Translations under genes and position numbers: made by a program
NCBI GenBank assembly: GCA_963668695.2
Contig: CAXXLQ010000004.1
Span: 3,008,001 to 3,072,000, forward strand
DNA: 64,000 nt
Direction: 5' to 3'
Source: Vicinamibacteria bacterium
Lineage (GTDB): Bacteria; Acidobacteriota; Vicinamibacteria; Marinacidobacterales; Marinacidobacteraceae
Notes under the pieces: generated by a model
Database searches by the model: none
The model's input: the letters and a program-made list of their open reading frames with translations, nothing else
What the model was told of the DNA's origin: nothing
In this document: in pieces, positions 7,456 through 16,661 of the stretch
How the letters are laid out: every line of letters starts with the position of its first letter
Position numbering within the stretch: the stretch's first letter is position 1

Positions 7456-10332
7456 ATGATCTGGCGAACCTGGATCCGGAACGGCGGGCGCGGATGTTTA
7501 ACAGCCGGTGGCAGAACCCAGGCGGCGTTCGACCGGCGATGCATCCCGCCTGAACCGCGCCGCTATGCGGCGCTCGGCGTTGCGCTTCGGTCGAAATACA
7601 CTCGGTATTCCTCCCTCACGCGCCTTGTCAGTCGCGCGCCTCACCGCTCTCGGCGCTCACCCGGGTTCCACCACAGGCTGTTAACAGCCTGTGGCAAAAC
7701 CCACGCGGCCCAGTTCTCCCGGTGGGGGCTCGACGGGCGATGCATCCCGGCTGAACCGCCCCGCTTCGCGGGGCTCTGCGTTGCGCTTCGGTCGAAATAC
7801 ACCCGGGCCAGTTCTCCCGGTGGGGGCTCCTCCCTCACGCGCCTTGTCAGCCGGGCGCCTCGCCCGTCTCGGCGCTCACGTGGGCTTCACCAAAGGCTGT
7901 TCACGGGGATCCTGGCGGCGGGCGTCGCGACCGCCGGGCCCAGCGCGGCGAGCGCCCAGTCCGAAACCGTCCTCATTCGCGCGCGGACGATCCACACCGT
8001 CACCAGCGGAACCCTTCACGAGGGCGAGATCCTGATCCGGAACGGGATCATCGAGGCGGTCGGCCCGTCCGTGGATGTTCCCGCCGACGCCCGCGTGTAC
8101 GAAGCCCAAGTGGTGATCCCGGGCCTGATCGACGCGCACGCGCACCTCGCCCTGGACCGTTCCGGCCGCTCGCGCATCCCCGGCCCGGTGACCGCCGAAT
8201 GGAAAGCCGTGGAGCACCTGGAGCTGTCGGATCCCATGATCCAGGTGGCGCTCTCCGGAGGCGTGACGTCGCTGGTCACGCGCCCGGGCAGCGGTGTCAT
8301 TTCCAGTGGGCAGTCGGTCGCGCTCAAGTTGAAGCGCATTCCAGGTCCGGAGATGATCCTCAAGCCCTATGTGGACCTGAAGATGGCCGTGCGCCCGCTG
8401 ATCAACCTGCGGCCAGGCGAGACGCCGCAGACGGTGATGGGGTGGTACGCCGCCGCCGACGAGTACTTCCGCCGCGCACAAGCCTATGTGCGAGAGCAGG
8501 AAGCCCGCGCAGCCGGAGCCGGAGCCGGACCGGCGCGTGACGAGCGCCTGGAGGCCTTCGCGGCCGTGATCCGGGGGGAGGTCATGGTCCACGCGCACGC
8601 GCACTATCCGAGCGAGGTGATGATGGTGCTGCGCCTGGCGCGCAAGTACGGCTTCTTCGACCGCTTGGCCCTCGCGCACGCGGAGGAGATCTTCCCGCTC
8701 ACCGAGCTGCTCGCCGGAACCAACATCGTCCCGGTCATCGGTCCGATGATGATCGTCCAGTATTTCAACGATCCAGAGCCCCTGAATCTGCTGAAGGAAC
8801 TCCTGGACGCAGGCGTGCACGCCAGCATCCAGACCGACATGTCGAACCAGCACTTCAAGGACTTCCGCGAGTACGGGGCGTTTCTGGCGCGCCACGGCCT
8901 CACTGACGAACAGGCGCTCGAGGTAATGACAATCAACGGAGCGCGCGCGATGATGCTCGACCACCGGGTGGGCAGCATCGAAGTCGGAAAGGACGCGGAC
9001 CTGGTGCTGCTCGACGGGCATTTCCTCGATCTGACCGCCGACCGGGTGGAGCGCGTGTTCGTGGACGGGCGGCTCGAGTACGAGCGCGACCGCGTGCTCC
9101 AGCCCGAACGACCCCGCGCCGTGGGGCCGTTTACCCCGGTGATCGGGGCGATCACTCCGGACGACGAGGCCTTCGCCATCACGGGCGCGCATGTGTTCAC
9201 CGTGAGCAGCGGCGCAATACACAACGCCACCCTGGTAGTCGAGGACGGCCGGTTCACCCGGGTGGAGGCGGACGCCGCTCCGCCCGCGGGGATGGCGGTC
9301 ATGGACGTAGGGGGCAGGGTGGTCATGCCGGGAACGGTGATCGCGCGCGCTTTTCCCAACGACTGGATCGGCGACCTCAAGTGGCAGGTGCAAAACGACG
9401 AGACCACCGCGCCGGTGGTGCCGGAGATGAACGCCCTGTACGCCGTGGACCCATGGTTTCCGTCGTACCGGGTGAACACGACGATCGGAGTGACCGCGAT
9501 CCACGTCACGCCCGGCACGCGCAATCTGGTGGGCGGCAACGGCGTCGTGGTGAAAACGCCTGGCCTCGACTTCGAGAAGATGGTGCGCCGCGAGCCCGCC
9601 AGCATGGTGTTCGCCCTCACCGCCTCGGCGCTCAGGGAGTGGACGGACGAGGCCGGGGCGCCGCTGACGGTCGAAAGCGCCTCGGCGATGGTCAGAAAGA
9701 CGCTGGACGCCGCACGCAGGTACGCGGAGGCGGAGGAGCCCCAGGAGTACGACGCGCGCCTCGAAGCGCTCCTGCCGCTACTCCGGCGAGAGGTGCCGGC
9801 GATGGTTCATGCGGATCGCGTGGCCGAGATCGAAGAGGCGCTGAGCCTCGCGGAGGACTACGGCCTGAGGCTCGTGATCACCGGCGGAGTGTCGGCGCAC
9901 CGACTGGCCGACCGGCTCGCGGCGGCCGGCGCGGGAGTCATTCTGGGCAACTCCGGGAGCTACGCGTCGGACATCCGCGGGGGTGGTGAGGGCTGGAGCG
10001 TGGAGGGGCCCGCCATCCTGAACCGGGCCGGCGTCAAGGTGGCGTTTTTCGGTCCGGGCGCCTCGCGGCGCGCTTCGCCCATCGGGCGGCTGGGCGGTGA
10101 GCCGATCCTCAACGCGGCGTGGGCCTTCCGCAACGGCGTCCCGGAGGTGGACGCGCTGAGGATGGCGACGCTGCATGCCGCCGAGCTGCTCGACTCGGGC
10201 GATCGGATCGGAAGCATCGAACCGGGCAAGGACGCGGATTTCGTCATTCTGGAAGGGCATCCGTTCGACTACCGGGTGGTGCCGGGGTGGGTGTTCGTGG
10301 ACGGGAGATTGGAGGTGGGCGGTCCTCAGTAA
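7456..10332 (+). CDS. Secreted tandem two-domain amidohydrolase with an in-frame 134-aa MITE-derived insertion
   Basis: RBS GAGGAGG before ATG 7456; PGLIDAHAH, GSIEVGKDADLV, second unit GSIEPGKDADFV; MITE DNA at 7502-7899 is read through. Confidence 0.85.
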   Translation: MIWRTWIRNGGRGCLTAGGRTQAAFDRRCIPPEPRRYAALGVALRSKYTRYSSLTRLVSRAPHRSRRSPGFHHRLLTACGKTHAAQFSRWGLDGRCIPAEPPRFAGLCVALRSKYTRASSPGGGSSLTRLVSRAPRPSRRSRGLHQRLFTGILAAGVATAGPSAASAQSETVLIRARTIHTVTSGTLHEGEILIRNGIIEAVGPSVDVPADARVYEAQVVIPGLIDAHAHLALDRSGRSRIPGPVTAEWKAVEHLELSDPMIQVALSGGVTSLVTRPGSGVISSGQSVALKLKRIPGPEMILKPYVDLKMAVRPLINLRPGETPQTVMGWYAAADEYFRRAQAYVREQEARAAGAGAGPARDERLEAFAAVIRGEVMVHAHAHYPSEVMMVLRLARKYGFFDRLALAHAEEIFPLTELLAGTNIVPVIGPMMIVQYFNDPEPLNLLKELLDAGVHASIQTDMSNQHFKDFREYGAFLARHGLTDEQALEVMTINGARAMMLDHRVGSIEVGKDADLVLLDGHFLDLTADRVERVFVDGRLEYERDRVLQPERPRAVGPFTPVIGAITPDDEAFAITGAHVFTVSSGAIHNATLVVEDGRFTRVEADAAPPAGMAVMDVGGRVVMPGTVIARAFPNDWIGDLKWQVQNDETTAPVVPEMNALYAVDPWFPSYRVNTTIGVTAIHVTPGTRNLVGGNGVVVKTPGLDFEKMVRREPASMVFALTASALREWTDEAGAPLTVESASAMVRKTLDAARRYAEAEEPQEYDARLEALLPLLRREVPAMVHADRVAEIEEALSLAEDYGLRLVITGGVSAHRLADRLAAAGAGVILGNSGSYASDIRGGGEGWSVEGPAILNRAGVKVAFFGPGASRRASPIGRLGGEPILNAAWAFRNGVPEVDALRMATLHAAELLDSGDRIGSIEPGKDADFVILEGHPFDYRVVPGWVFVDGRLEVGGPQ
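7502..7680 (+). mobile_element. MITE copy M2 (179 bp, no 18-mer)
   Basis: TTAA|CAGCCGGTGGCAGAACCC...GGGTTCCACCACAGGCTG|TTAA; defines the empty alleles of sites A, B and C. Confidence 0.88.
7685..7899 (+). mobile_element. MITE copy M3 (215 bp; sites A and B), tandem to M2
   Basis: Shares TTAA 7681-7684 with M2 and ends AAGGCTG|TTCA; 18-mers at 7710-7727 and 7808-7825. Confidence 0.88.
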
Positions 10333-10548
10333 CAGCCTGTGGTGGAACCCGGGTGAGCGCCGAGAACGGCCAGTTCTCCCGGTGGGGGCGAGACGCCCGG
10401 CTGACAAGGCGCGTGAGGGAGGAATACCCAGTGTATTTCGACCGAAACGCAATGCAGAGCGCCGCAAAGTGGCGCGGTTCAGGCGGGATGCATCGCCGCT
10501 CGAGCCCCCACCGGGAGAACTGGGCCGCCTGGGTTTCACCACAGGCTA
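10333..10548 (-). mobile_element. MITE copy M4 (216 bp; sites A and C)
   Basis: Begins directly after the TAA stop (GTAA|CAGCCTGTGGTGGAACCC); 18-mers at 10370-10387 and 10506-10523. Confidence 0.85.
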
Positions 10549-10594
10549 TTCCGCTCGCGAGCGGCGCCTGCCGCACCGCCGGACTTCGCTTCGG

Positions 10595-10932
10595 CGGCGT
10601 GTTCCTGCAACCCACCTACGGCAACACCCTGATGGGGCTTGCTCCGGCGCGCCCGCCGACTCCCGAGGACGGCTACAAGATCGCCTACTACCCCCCGCTG
10701 CCAAGCGCCGTGCTGGAAGTCGTGGATTCCGACACCGGCGAGGTGGTGGACCATGGCGAAACCGGGCGGGTCCGTCTCACCGCGCTCACGCGGGAGTTCT
10801 TCGTCCCCGGTTTCCTTGAGCGCGACGAGGGCGAACGCGAGCCGCCGTGGGGACCCTACGCCTGGGACGGCGTCAGCGGCGTCCGCCCCCTTCGGGCAAC
10901 TCCCCGGCGGCACCACGGTCGGGGTCTACTGA
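10595..10932 (+). pseudogene. Displaced 3' fragment of the EhpF-like gene (diverged copy of 6791-7127)
   Basis: GVFLQPTYGNTLMGLAP...GGTTVGVY*; no 5' part; +1 C frameshift near 10890; differences mostly at third codon positions. Confidence 0.88.
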
Positions 10933-10970
10933 CAGGGAAACCCCGACTTTTCCCAAGGCCGGCTGGGCAA

Positions 10971-11013
10971 GGGAACGCCGGCCTCCGATCGGCATCGCCC
11001 GCCAGAGGCGGGC
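10971..11013 (+). repeat. REP-like double hairpin R1
   Basis: GGGAAC-GCCGG-CCTCCG-ATCGGC-ATC-GCCCGCC-AGA-GGCGGGC; related to R2-R5. Confidence 0.6.
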
Positions 11014-11049
11014 TCGACGCAGAAGCCGCGAGGATGGATGGGACGGTGT

Positions 11050-11880
11050 TCAAATTACGGCGTCGTCCAGCTCGATGATGACCGGAGCGCATGGGGCCCA
11101 GTTTTGGCCCGGCAGCTCGTCAAGCGGCCCGCGGTATTTGAGGTCCACACAAGCGGACGTGACATGAGGAGCGACGCTCTTCGATCCGAGAATCAGATGG
11201 AGCCGGGTGTTGGGATCCGTCGGGGCACCCTTGTAGTGAATCGGCGTACCGGAGTTGAAGCCCGCTTCATCTTCGCTATGAAAGTCACGGTACAGGTCCA
11301 CAAAACCCCCGTCGCACAACGCCTGTAGCGCATCCCGTTCTTCTCTTGACCGGTAGAGCGTGTCAGGTTTGGGCTCGCCGTCCAGAACGACATTGAAATC
11401 CCCGCAGAGGAAGGTCGGCTTCGACCCGTCGTATTGATCGGCGACGTGCTTGGTCAGACCGTCCAACCACTTCACCTTGGACTTGATCGAACGGCGGATC
11501 TGATCTTTGTTCTTGCTGCCATATGGCGCCGCGGGCAGGTAGACGGAGGAGATCCGCAGTCTGCCGGTGTCCACCGTGAGCAATCTTCCATCCGCTTCCC
11601 GGCCAGGCCATCCTCTCTGCAGCACTTCCGGTTCTCGGGCTCCGGTCAGGAGGTCCTGTCGGATCAGGATCGCGACGCTGGCTAGTTCATAGTCGGGGAA
11701 AAGAGCCTCGATGTGGTAGCCGAGATCCGCAATTCTCTGTCTCGGGAACTCCTCCTGCCGTTTGCAGGAGATACGAATCTTCTGCAGTGCGACGATTTCA
11801 GGCTGCCGCTGCTGCAGCCAGTGGTGCAGATACCCGAGTCGTTTGTTCACGCCGTTCACGGACCAGGTTGCGATTTTCAT
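11050..11880 (-). CDS. Exodeoxyribonuclease III/EEP-family protein, divergent
   Basis: MKIATWSVNGV, PEIVALQ, SVYLP, LCGDFNV, FVDLYR; visibly lower GC than its neighbours. Confidence 0.8.
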   Translation of the reverse strand: MKIATWSVNGVNKRLGYLHHWLQQRQPEIVALQKIRISCKRQEEFPRQRIADLGYHIEALFPDYELASVAILIRQDLLTGAREPEVLQRGWPGREADGRLLTVDTGRLRISSVYLPAAPYGSKNKDQIRRSIKSKVKWLDGLTKHVADQYDGSKPTFLCGDFNVVLDGEPKPDTLYRSREERDALQALCDGGFVDLYRDFHSEDEAGFNSGTPIHYKGAPTDPNTRLHLILGSKSVAPHVTSACVDLKYRGPLDELPGQNWAPCAPVIIELDDAVI

Positions 11881-12038
11881 GGATGGATCCTCCCCTCGGA
11901 CTGTCCACCATATGGCTCCAACATGTCAGTTTTTGTCACGGTGCCGGCCGATCCGAGCTGGGGGCGATAACCGGGTCTGCTACAGCGGGACAGAGGTTCG
12001 GCGGACGTGCCGCGGGCAGGGCGGGGGTCTGCGCCGTT

Positions 12039-12085
12039 CCGCGGCGCCGCGCGCCGCGGGTGCCGGTCTGAAGACCGGCGCTCCC
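12039..12085 (-). repeat. REP-like double hairpin R2
   Basis: Minus strand GGGAGC-GCCGGTCT-TC-AGACCGGC-AC-CCGCGGCGC...GCGCCGCGG. Confidence 0.6.
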
Positions 12086-12132
12086 AAGCCGCCGGCGCCA
12101 TCAGCGCAAGTAGCGGTGTTCTGGACGCTCCG

Positions 12133-14160
12133 TCAGTTCGTGGTGGGATGCGTCCGGTACTTGTCGAACCAAGCCACGATGTTGGCGATCTTCGCCATCA
12201 ACTGGCTCGGGCGGCGGCTCATGTCGTGAGACGCGCCGGGCAGCCGGACCACGGCTGTGTCGATCCCGCGGAACTTGAGGGCGTGAAACAGTTGGTACGA
12301 CTCGGATAGCGGCGTCCGGAGATCCTCTTCTCCGGTGACGATCAGGGTCGGCGTCTTCACGTTGCCGGCCAGGGAGAGCGGCGAGAACTTCCAGTAGGGC
12401 TCCGGGTTCTCCCAGGGGAGGCCCTCGTAGCGGCTGAAGTAGTAGCCGTACCAGTTGTCGGCGGTGAGCGTCTTACTGATCCAGTTGACGACCGGTTTCT
12501 GGGCGGCGGCAGCGCGGAAGCGGTCCGTCTTCCCGACGATCCACGCGGTCATGATCCCGCCGGCGCTGCCGCCGGTCACGAAGAGGTTGTCCTCGTCGAC
12601 GTACCCGCGGGCAATCACCGCGTCCACTCCCGACATGAGGTCGTCATAGTCGTTGCCCGGGTAATTGCGGTACAGCAGGTCCCCGAACTCCTCGCCGTAG
12701 CTCGTGCTGCCACGGGGGTTTGCATATAGGACGACGTACCCGGCGGCGGCGAGCAACTGCATCTCCGCGGAGAAGCGGTCGCCGTAGTTGGAGATCGGCC
12801 CGCCGTGGATCTCGAGAATCAGCGGGTACCGGCGCCCCGGATCGAAGTCGGGCGGTTTGACGATCCAGCCCTGGACCGCGCGGCCGTCGAAGGATGAATC
12901 CCACCAGATCTCCTCGACTTCGCCGAGGTTCCTGCCGGCGAGCAGATCCTCGTTGAGCGAGGTTAGCTGCCGCACCGCGTCACCGGGCATGCCCACCGCG
13001 AGCTCGCCCGGCTGATCCGGGCGGCTCTGGTTGAACGCGAAGGCGCCGGTGTTCGCGACCGAGAACGACCCGCCGCCGTAGGGGCGGCCGTAGGAGGCGC
13101 CGCCAAGGTCCGCCCCCAGAACCGCGAGCTCGCCGTCCAGCGTCACGAAGGCGACCTTCGAGTTGCCCTCGTCGTCATACTGGAAGTAGAGGCGGTGCCC
13201 GTCCGCCGCCCACACCGGATTCGAGACACTCCGGTCCAGGCCGGTCGTGACGACGCGCTGGCCGCTCCCGTCCAGATTCATGACCTGGAGTCGGCTGACC
13301 TGGTAGGTCCGCACCCGGTCCTCGTAGCCCACGAACGCGATCTGCTGCCCGTCGGGAGAGACGGCGGGGCTCTGGTCCGGCCCGTTCCGGTCGGTCAGCG
13401 CGCGGATCTCCCCGCCGGCGACCGGCGCAATGTAGAGATCCGAGTTGCGGTAGTCGTGCACCCAGTCGGGGTTGCGGTTCGAGGAGAAGACGAGGTGCCG
13501 GCCGTCCGGCGTCCAGGCGGCGGGACTCGAGTGTTGAAAGTCGCCCGAAGTGACCTGCACCGGCGTACCGCCTTCGACCGGGAGAACGAAGAGGTGGCTG
13601 TAACCGAAGTCGAGATAGCCCACCCCGTCCTGGCGGTTCTTGAAGCGGTCCTCCATGATCGGAGGATCAGCCCAGTCGGCGCCGGGGGGCGGTTTCGGGG
13701 GTGGGGCGAGTTGGGGCGGGGGATAGGGCACCAGCATGTTGAACGCGAGGTGGCGGCCCTCGGGCGACCAGCGGATATTTCTCGGCGATTCAAGAAGCTG
13801 GGTGAGGGTGGCCGTCTCGCCGGTATCCATCCAGCGCAGGTGGATCTGGCCGTCCGCGGTGAAGGCGATGCGGGTCCCGTCCGGGGACCAACGAGGTGAC
13901 GAGCCGGCGCTTAGCCGGCGGTGGCCGGTGCCGTCGGCGTTCACGATCCACAGTTCGGGCCGCTGGCGGTCGCGCATGATGTCCATCGAGGTCCGGACAT
14001 AGATGACCTGGCTGCCGTCCGGGGAAATCTGCGGATCCGCCGCGAATTCGAGTTGGAAGACGTCCATGGGCTGGAACGACTCCTGGGCCCCGGAGGAAGC
14101 GGGGCCGATGACGAGGACCAGCGCGGCGGCAAGAAGGTTCGTTCGGTGGATTCCGGGCAT
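12133..14160 (-). CDS. S9 family peptidase (acylaminoacyl/dipeptidyl peptidase), paralog 1
   Basis: Signal peptide, TolB-like repeats (WSPDG), IHGGP, NPRGS, GGSAGG, DLRTP, catalytic His (ASHD). Confidence 0.92.
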   Translation of the reverse strand: MPGIHRTNLLAAALVLVIGPASSGAQESFQPMDVFQLEFAADPQISPDGSQVIYVRTSMDIMRDRQRPELWIVNADGTGHRRLSAGSSPRWSPDGTRIAFTADGQIHLRWMDTGETATLTQLLESPRNIRWSPEGRHLAFNMLVPYPPPQLAPPPKPPPGADWADPPIMEDRFKNRQDGVGYLDFGYSHLFVLPVEGGTPVQVTSGDFQHSSPAAWTPDGRHLVFSSNRNPDWVHDYRNSDLYIAPVAGGEIRALTDRNGPDQSPAVSPDGQQIAFVGYEDRVRTYQVSRLQVMNLDGSGQRVVTTGLDRSVSNPVWAADGHRLYFQYDDEGNSKVAFVTLDGELAVLGADLGGASYGRPYGGGSFSVANTGAFAFNQSRPDQPGELAVGMPGDAVRQLTSLNEDLLAGRNLGEVEEIWWDSSFDGRAVQGWIVKPPDFDPGRRYPLILEIHGGPISNYGDRFSAEMQLLAAAGYVVLYANPRGSTSYGEEFGDLLYRNYPGNDYDDLMSGVDAVIARGYVDEDNLFVTGGSAGGIMTAWIVGKTDRFRAAAAQKPVVNWISKTLTADNWYGYYFSRYEGLPWENPEPYWKFSPLSLAGNVKTPTLIVTGEEDLRTPLSESYQLFHALKFRGIDTAVVRLPGASHDMSRRPSQLMAKIANIVAWFDKYRTHPTTN

Positions 14161-14172
14161 GTTTCGACTCTC

Positions 14173-14211
14173 GGGTTCGGGTTCGGTTGGGTTTGGGTTT
14201 GGGTTTGGGGG
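14173..14211 (+). repeat. (GGGTTY)n hexamer microsatellite
   Basis: GGGTTCGGGTTCGGTTGGGTTTGGGTTTGGGTTTGGGGG in the spacer between the two S9 genes. Confidence 0.75.
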
Positions 14212-14244
14212 AGAAGCTCTGCAACTTACCAGAGGCTTGCGGGA

Positions 14245-16320
14245 TCAGTTGCCCGCCGAAGTCCGGTACTTCTCGAACCAGGCGACCTGGTTGGCGACCT
14301 TCGCGATCAACTGGCTCGGGCGCCGGCTCATGTCATGGAACGCCCCGGGCAGCCGGATCACCGCCGTGTCGATGCCGCGGAACTTGAGGGCGTGGAACAA
14401 CTGGTACGACTCCGACAGGGGTGTCCGCAGGTCCGCCGCCCCGGTGATGATCATGGTCGGCGTACTCACGTTCCCGACCAGGGAGAGCGGCGAGAACTTC
14501 CAGTAGGGCTCCGGATCCTCCCAGGGGAGGCCCTCGTAGCGGCTACCGAAGTAGTTGAACCAGTTGTCCGCGGTGAGCGTCTTGCTGATCCAGTTGATGA
14601 CCGGCTTTTCGGAGACGGCGGCGCGGAAGCGGTCGGTCTTCCCCACGATCCAGGCGGTCATGATCCCGCCAGCGCTACCGCCGGTCACGAAGAGGTTGGC
14701 CTCATCCACGTACCCGCGGGCGATCACCGCATCCACCCCGGACATGAGGTCGTCGTAGTCGTTGCCCGGGTAGTTGTGGTAGAGCAGATCCCCGAACTCC
14801 CCGCCGTAGCTCGTGCTGCCACGGGGGTTGGCGTACAGCACCACGTATCCGGCGGCGGCGAAGAGCTGCATCTCTGCCGAGAAGCGGTCGCCGTAGTGGG
14901 CGATCGGCCCGCCGTGGATTTCGAGGATGAACGGGTACCGGCGGGTCGGATCGAAGTCAGGCGGCTTCACGATCCAGCCCTGGACGGGGCGGCCATCGAA
15001 GGACGAATCCCACCAGATCTCCTCGACTTCGCCGAGGGTCCGCCGGCCGAGCAGGTCCTCGTTGAGCGAGGTGATCCGCCGCACCTCACCGCCGGGGGTC
15101 CCCACCGCGACCTCGCCCGGTTGATCCGGCCGTGTCTGGTTGAACGCGAAGCCGCCGCCGGCCGCAACCGAGAACGACCCGCTGCCGTAGGGAAGGCCGT
15201 AGGACGACCCCCCGACGCCCTGCCCGAGAACCGCGACCTCGCCGTCCAGGGTGGTGAAGGCGACCTTGGTGTTGCCCTCGTCGTCGTAACGGAAGTAGAT
15301 GCGGTGCCCGTCGGCGGCCCACACCGGATTCGAGACGCTTCGGTCCAGGCCGGTGGTGACGACCCGCCGGCCGCTCCCGTCCAGGTTCATCACCTCGAGA
15401 CGGCTGACCTGGTAGGTCCGCACCCGGTCGTCGTAACCCACGAATGCGATCCGCTCTCCGTCAGGAGACACCGCCGGGCTGTGGTCCGGCCCGTTCCGGC
15501 TGGTCAGCGCCCGGATCTCTCCGCCCGCGACCGGCGCGAGGTAGAGCTCCGAGTTGCGGTAGTCGTGCTCCCAGTCGGGGTTGCGGTTCGACGAGAAGAC
15601 GAGGTGAAGGCCGTCGGGGGTCCAGGCGGCGGGCCCGGAATGCTGGAAGTCGCCGGTGGTGACCTGAAACGGCGTGCCGCCTTCGACCGGGAGCACGAAG
15701 ATGTGGTCATAGCCGAAGTCGAGATAGCCGACTCCGTCCTGCTTGCTCTTGAAGCGGTCTTCCATGATCGGGGGATCGGCCCACTCCGCGCCCGGAGGCG
15801 GTTGCGGCGGGGCGACGAGCTGCGGAGGCGGGTAGGGCACCAGCATGTTGAAAGCGAGGTGGCGGCCGTCCGGCGACCAGCGGATGTTTCTTGGCGATTC
15901 CAGGAGCTGGGTGAGGGTGGCCGTTTCGCCGGTGTCCATCCAGCGCAAGTGGATCTGGCCCTCCGCTATGTAGGCGACCTGGGTCCCGTCCGGCGACCAG
16001 CGCGGGGCGGCGCCGGCGCTCAAGCGGCGATGACCGGACCCGTCAGCGTTCACGATCCACAGCTCGGTGCGCTGCTGGTCGCGCATGATGTCCATCGAGG
16101 TGCGGACGTAGACGACCTGGCTGCCACCCGGGGAAATCTGCGGATCCACCGCGAATTCGAGCTGGAAGACGTCCGTTGGCTCGAACCGCGCCGAATCGGC
16201 GTTTGCGGCCGTTTGGGCCTCGGCGTGGACCGGGAAGCTGCTGAGCGCCAACGCCGCGGTGAGCGCGAGGGCGCCCGCCGGGGCGAGGGGAATCAGATTC
16301 GTTCGAGTGATTCTGGACAT
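14245..16320 (-). CDS. S9 family peptidase, paralog 2 (tandem duplicate)
   Basis: Same motifs; long stretches identical to 12133-14160. Confidence 0.92.
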   Translation of the reverse strand: MSRITRTNLIPLAPAGALALTAALALSSFPVHAEAQTAANADSARFEPTDVFQLEFAVDPQISPGGSQVVYVRTSMDIMRDQQRTELWIVNADGSGHRRLSAGAAPRWSPDGTQVAYIAEGQIHLRWMDTGETATLTQLLESPRNIRWSPDGRHLAFNMLVPYPPPQLVAPPQPPPGAEWADPPIMEDRFKSKQDGVGYLDFGYDHIFVLPVEGGTPFQVTTGDFQHSGPAAWTPDGLHLVFSSNRNPDWEHDYRNSELYLAPVAGGEIRALTSRNGPDHSPAVSPDGERIAFVGYDDRVRTYQVSRLEVMNLDGSGRRVVTTGLDRSVSNPVWAADGHRIYFRYDDEGNTKVAFTTLDGEVAVLGQGVGGSSYGLPYGSGSFSVAAGGGFAFNQTRPDQPGEVAVGTPGGEVRRITSLNEDLLGRRTLGEVEEIWWDSSFDGRPVQGWIVKPPDFDPTRRYPFILEIHGGPIAHYGDRFSAEMQLFAAAGYVVLYANPRGSTSYGGEFGDLLYHNYPGNDYDDLMSGVDAVIARGYVDEANLFVTGGSAGGIMTAWIVGKTDRFRAAVSEKPVINWISKTLTADNWFNYFGSRYEGLPWEDPEPYWKFSPLSLVGNVSTPTMIITGAADLRTPLSESYQLFHALKFRGIDTAVIRLPGAFHDMSRRPSQLIAKVANQVAWFEKYRTSAGN

Positions 16321-16425
16321 TGTGCGACTCTTCGATTCAGGGTGAGGGGCAGGCTCTCCAAGTACGAAAGCCCGACCTACGCATCATGACGGAGTGGCGG
16401 CACTATGGCCATGCGCACCCGCTAG

Positions 16426-16657
16426 CAGCCTGTGGTGGAACCCGGGTGAGCGCCGAGGCCGCCAGTTCTCCCGGTGGGGGGAGGCGCCCGGCTGACAAGG
16501 CGCGTGAGGGAGGAGCCCCCACCGGGAGAACTGGCCCGGGTGTATTTCGACCGAAACGCAACGACGAGCGGCGCGAAGCGACGCGGTTCAGCCGGGATGG
16601 ATCGCCGGCCGAGCCCCCACCGGGAGAACTGGGCCGCGCGGGTTTCATTACAGGCTG
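16426..16657 (-). mobile_element. MITE copy M5 (232 bp; sites A, B and C)
   Basis: CTAG|CAGCCTGTGGTGGAACCC...TTACAGGCTG; 18-mers at 16462-16479, 16517-16534 and 16615-16632. Confidence 0.87.
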
Positions 16658-16661
16658 TTTG

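Noticed and set aside
7146-7899. Clustered 18-mer repeats as a CRISPR array
   Set aside because: The unit is too short, occurs in both orientations, the intervening DNA is homologous MITE sequence rather than unique spacers, and no cas genes are present.
6791-10932. Diversity-generating retroelement TR/VR pair (also 34916/36494)
   Set aside because: Differences are mostly synonymous and not adenine-specific, and there is no reverse transcriptase in the window.
10119-11078. 319-aa ORF as a real gene
   Set aside because: It is a read-through of an alternative frame, MITE M4 and the EhpF-like remnant.
13921-16389. Long antisense ORFs (also 16422-18185, 24124-26628, 49027-51588, 58956-60995)
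   Set aside because: These are shadow frames expected in high-GC DNA opposite well-supported genes and show no recognisable motifs.
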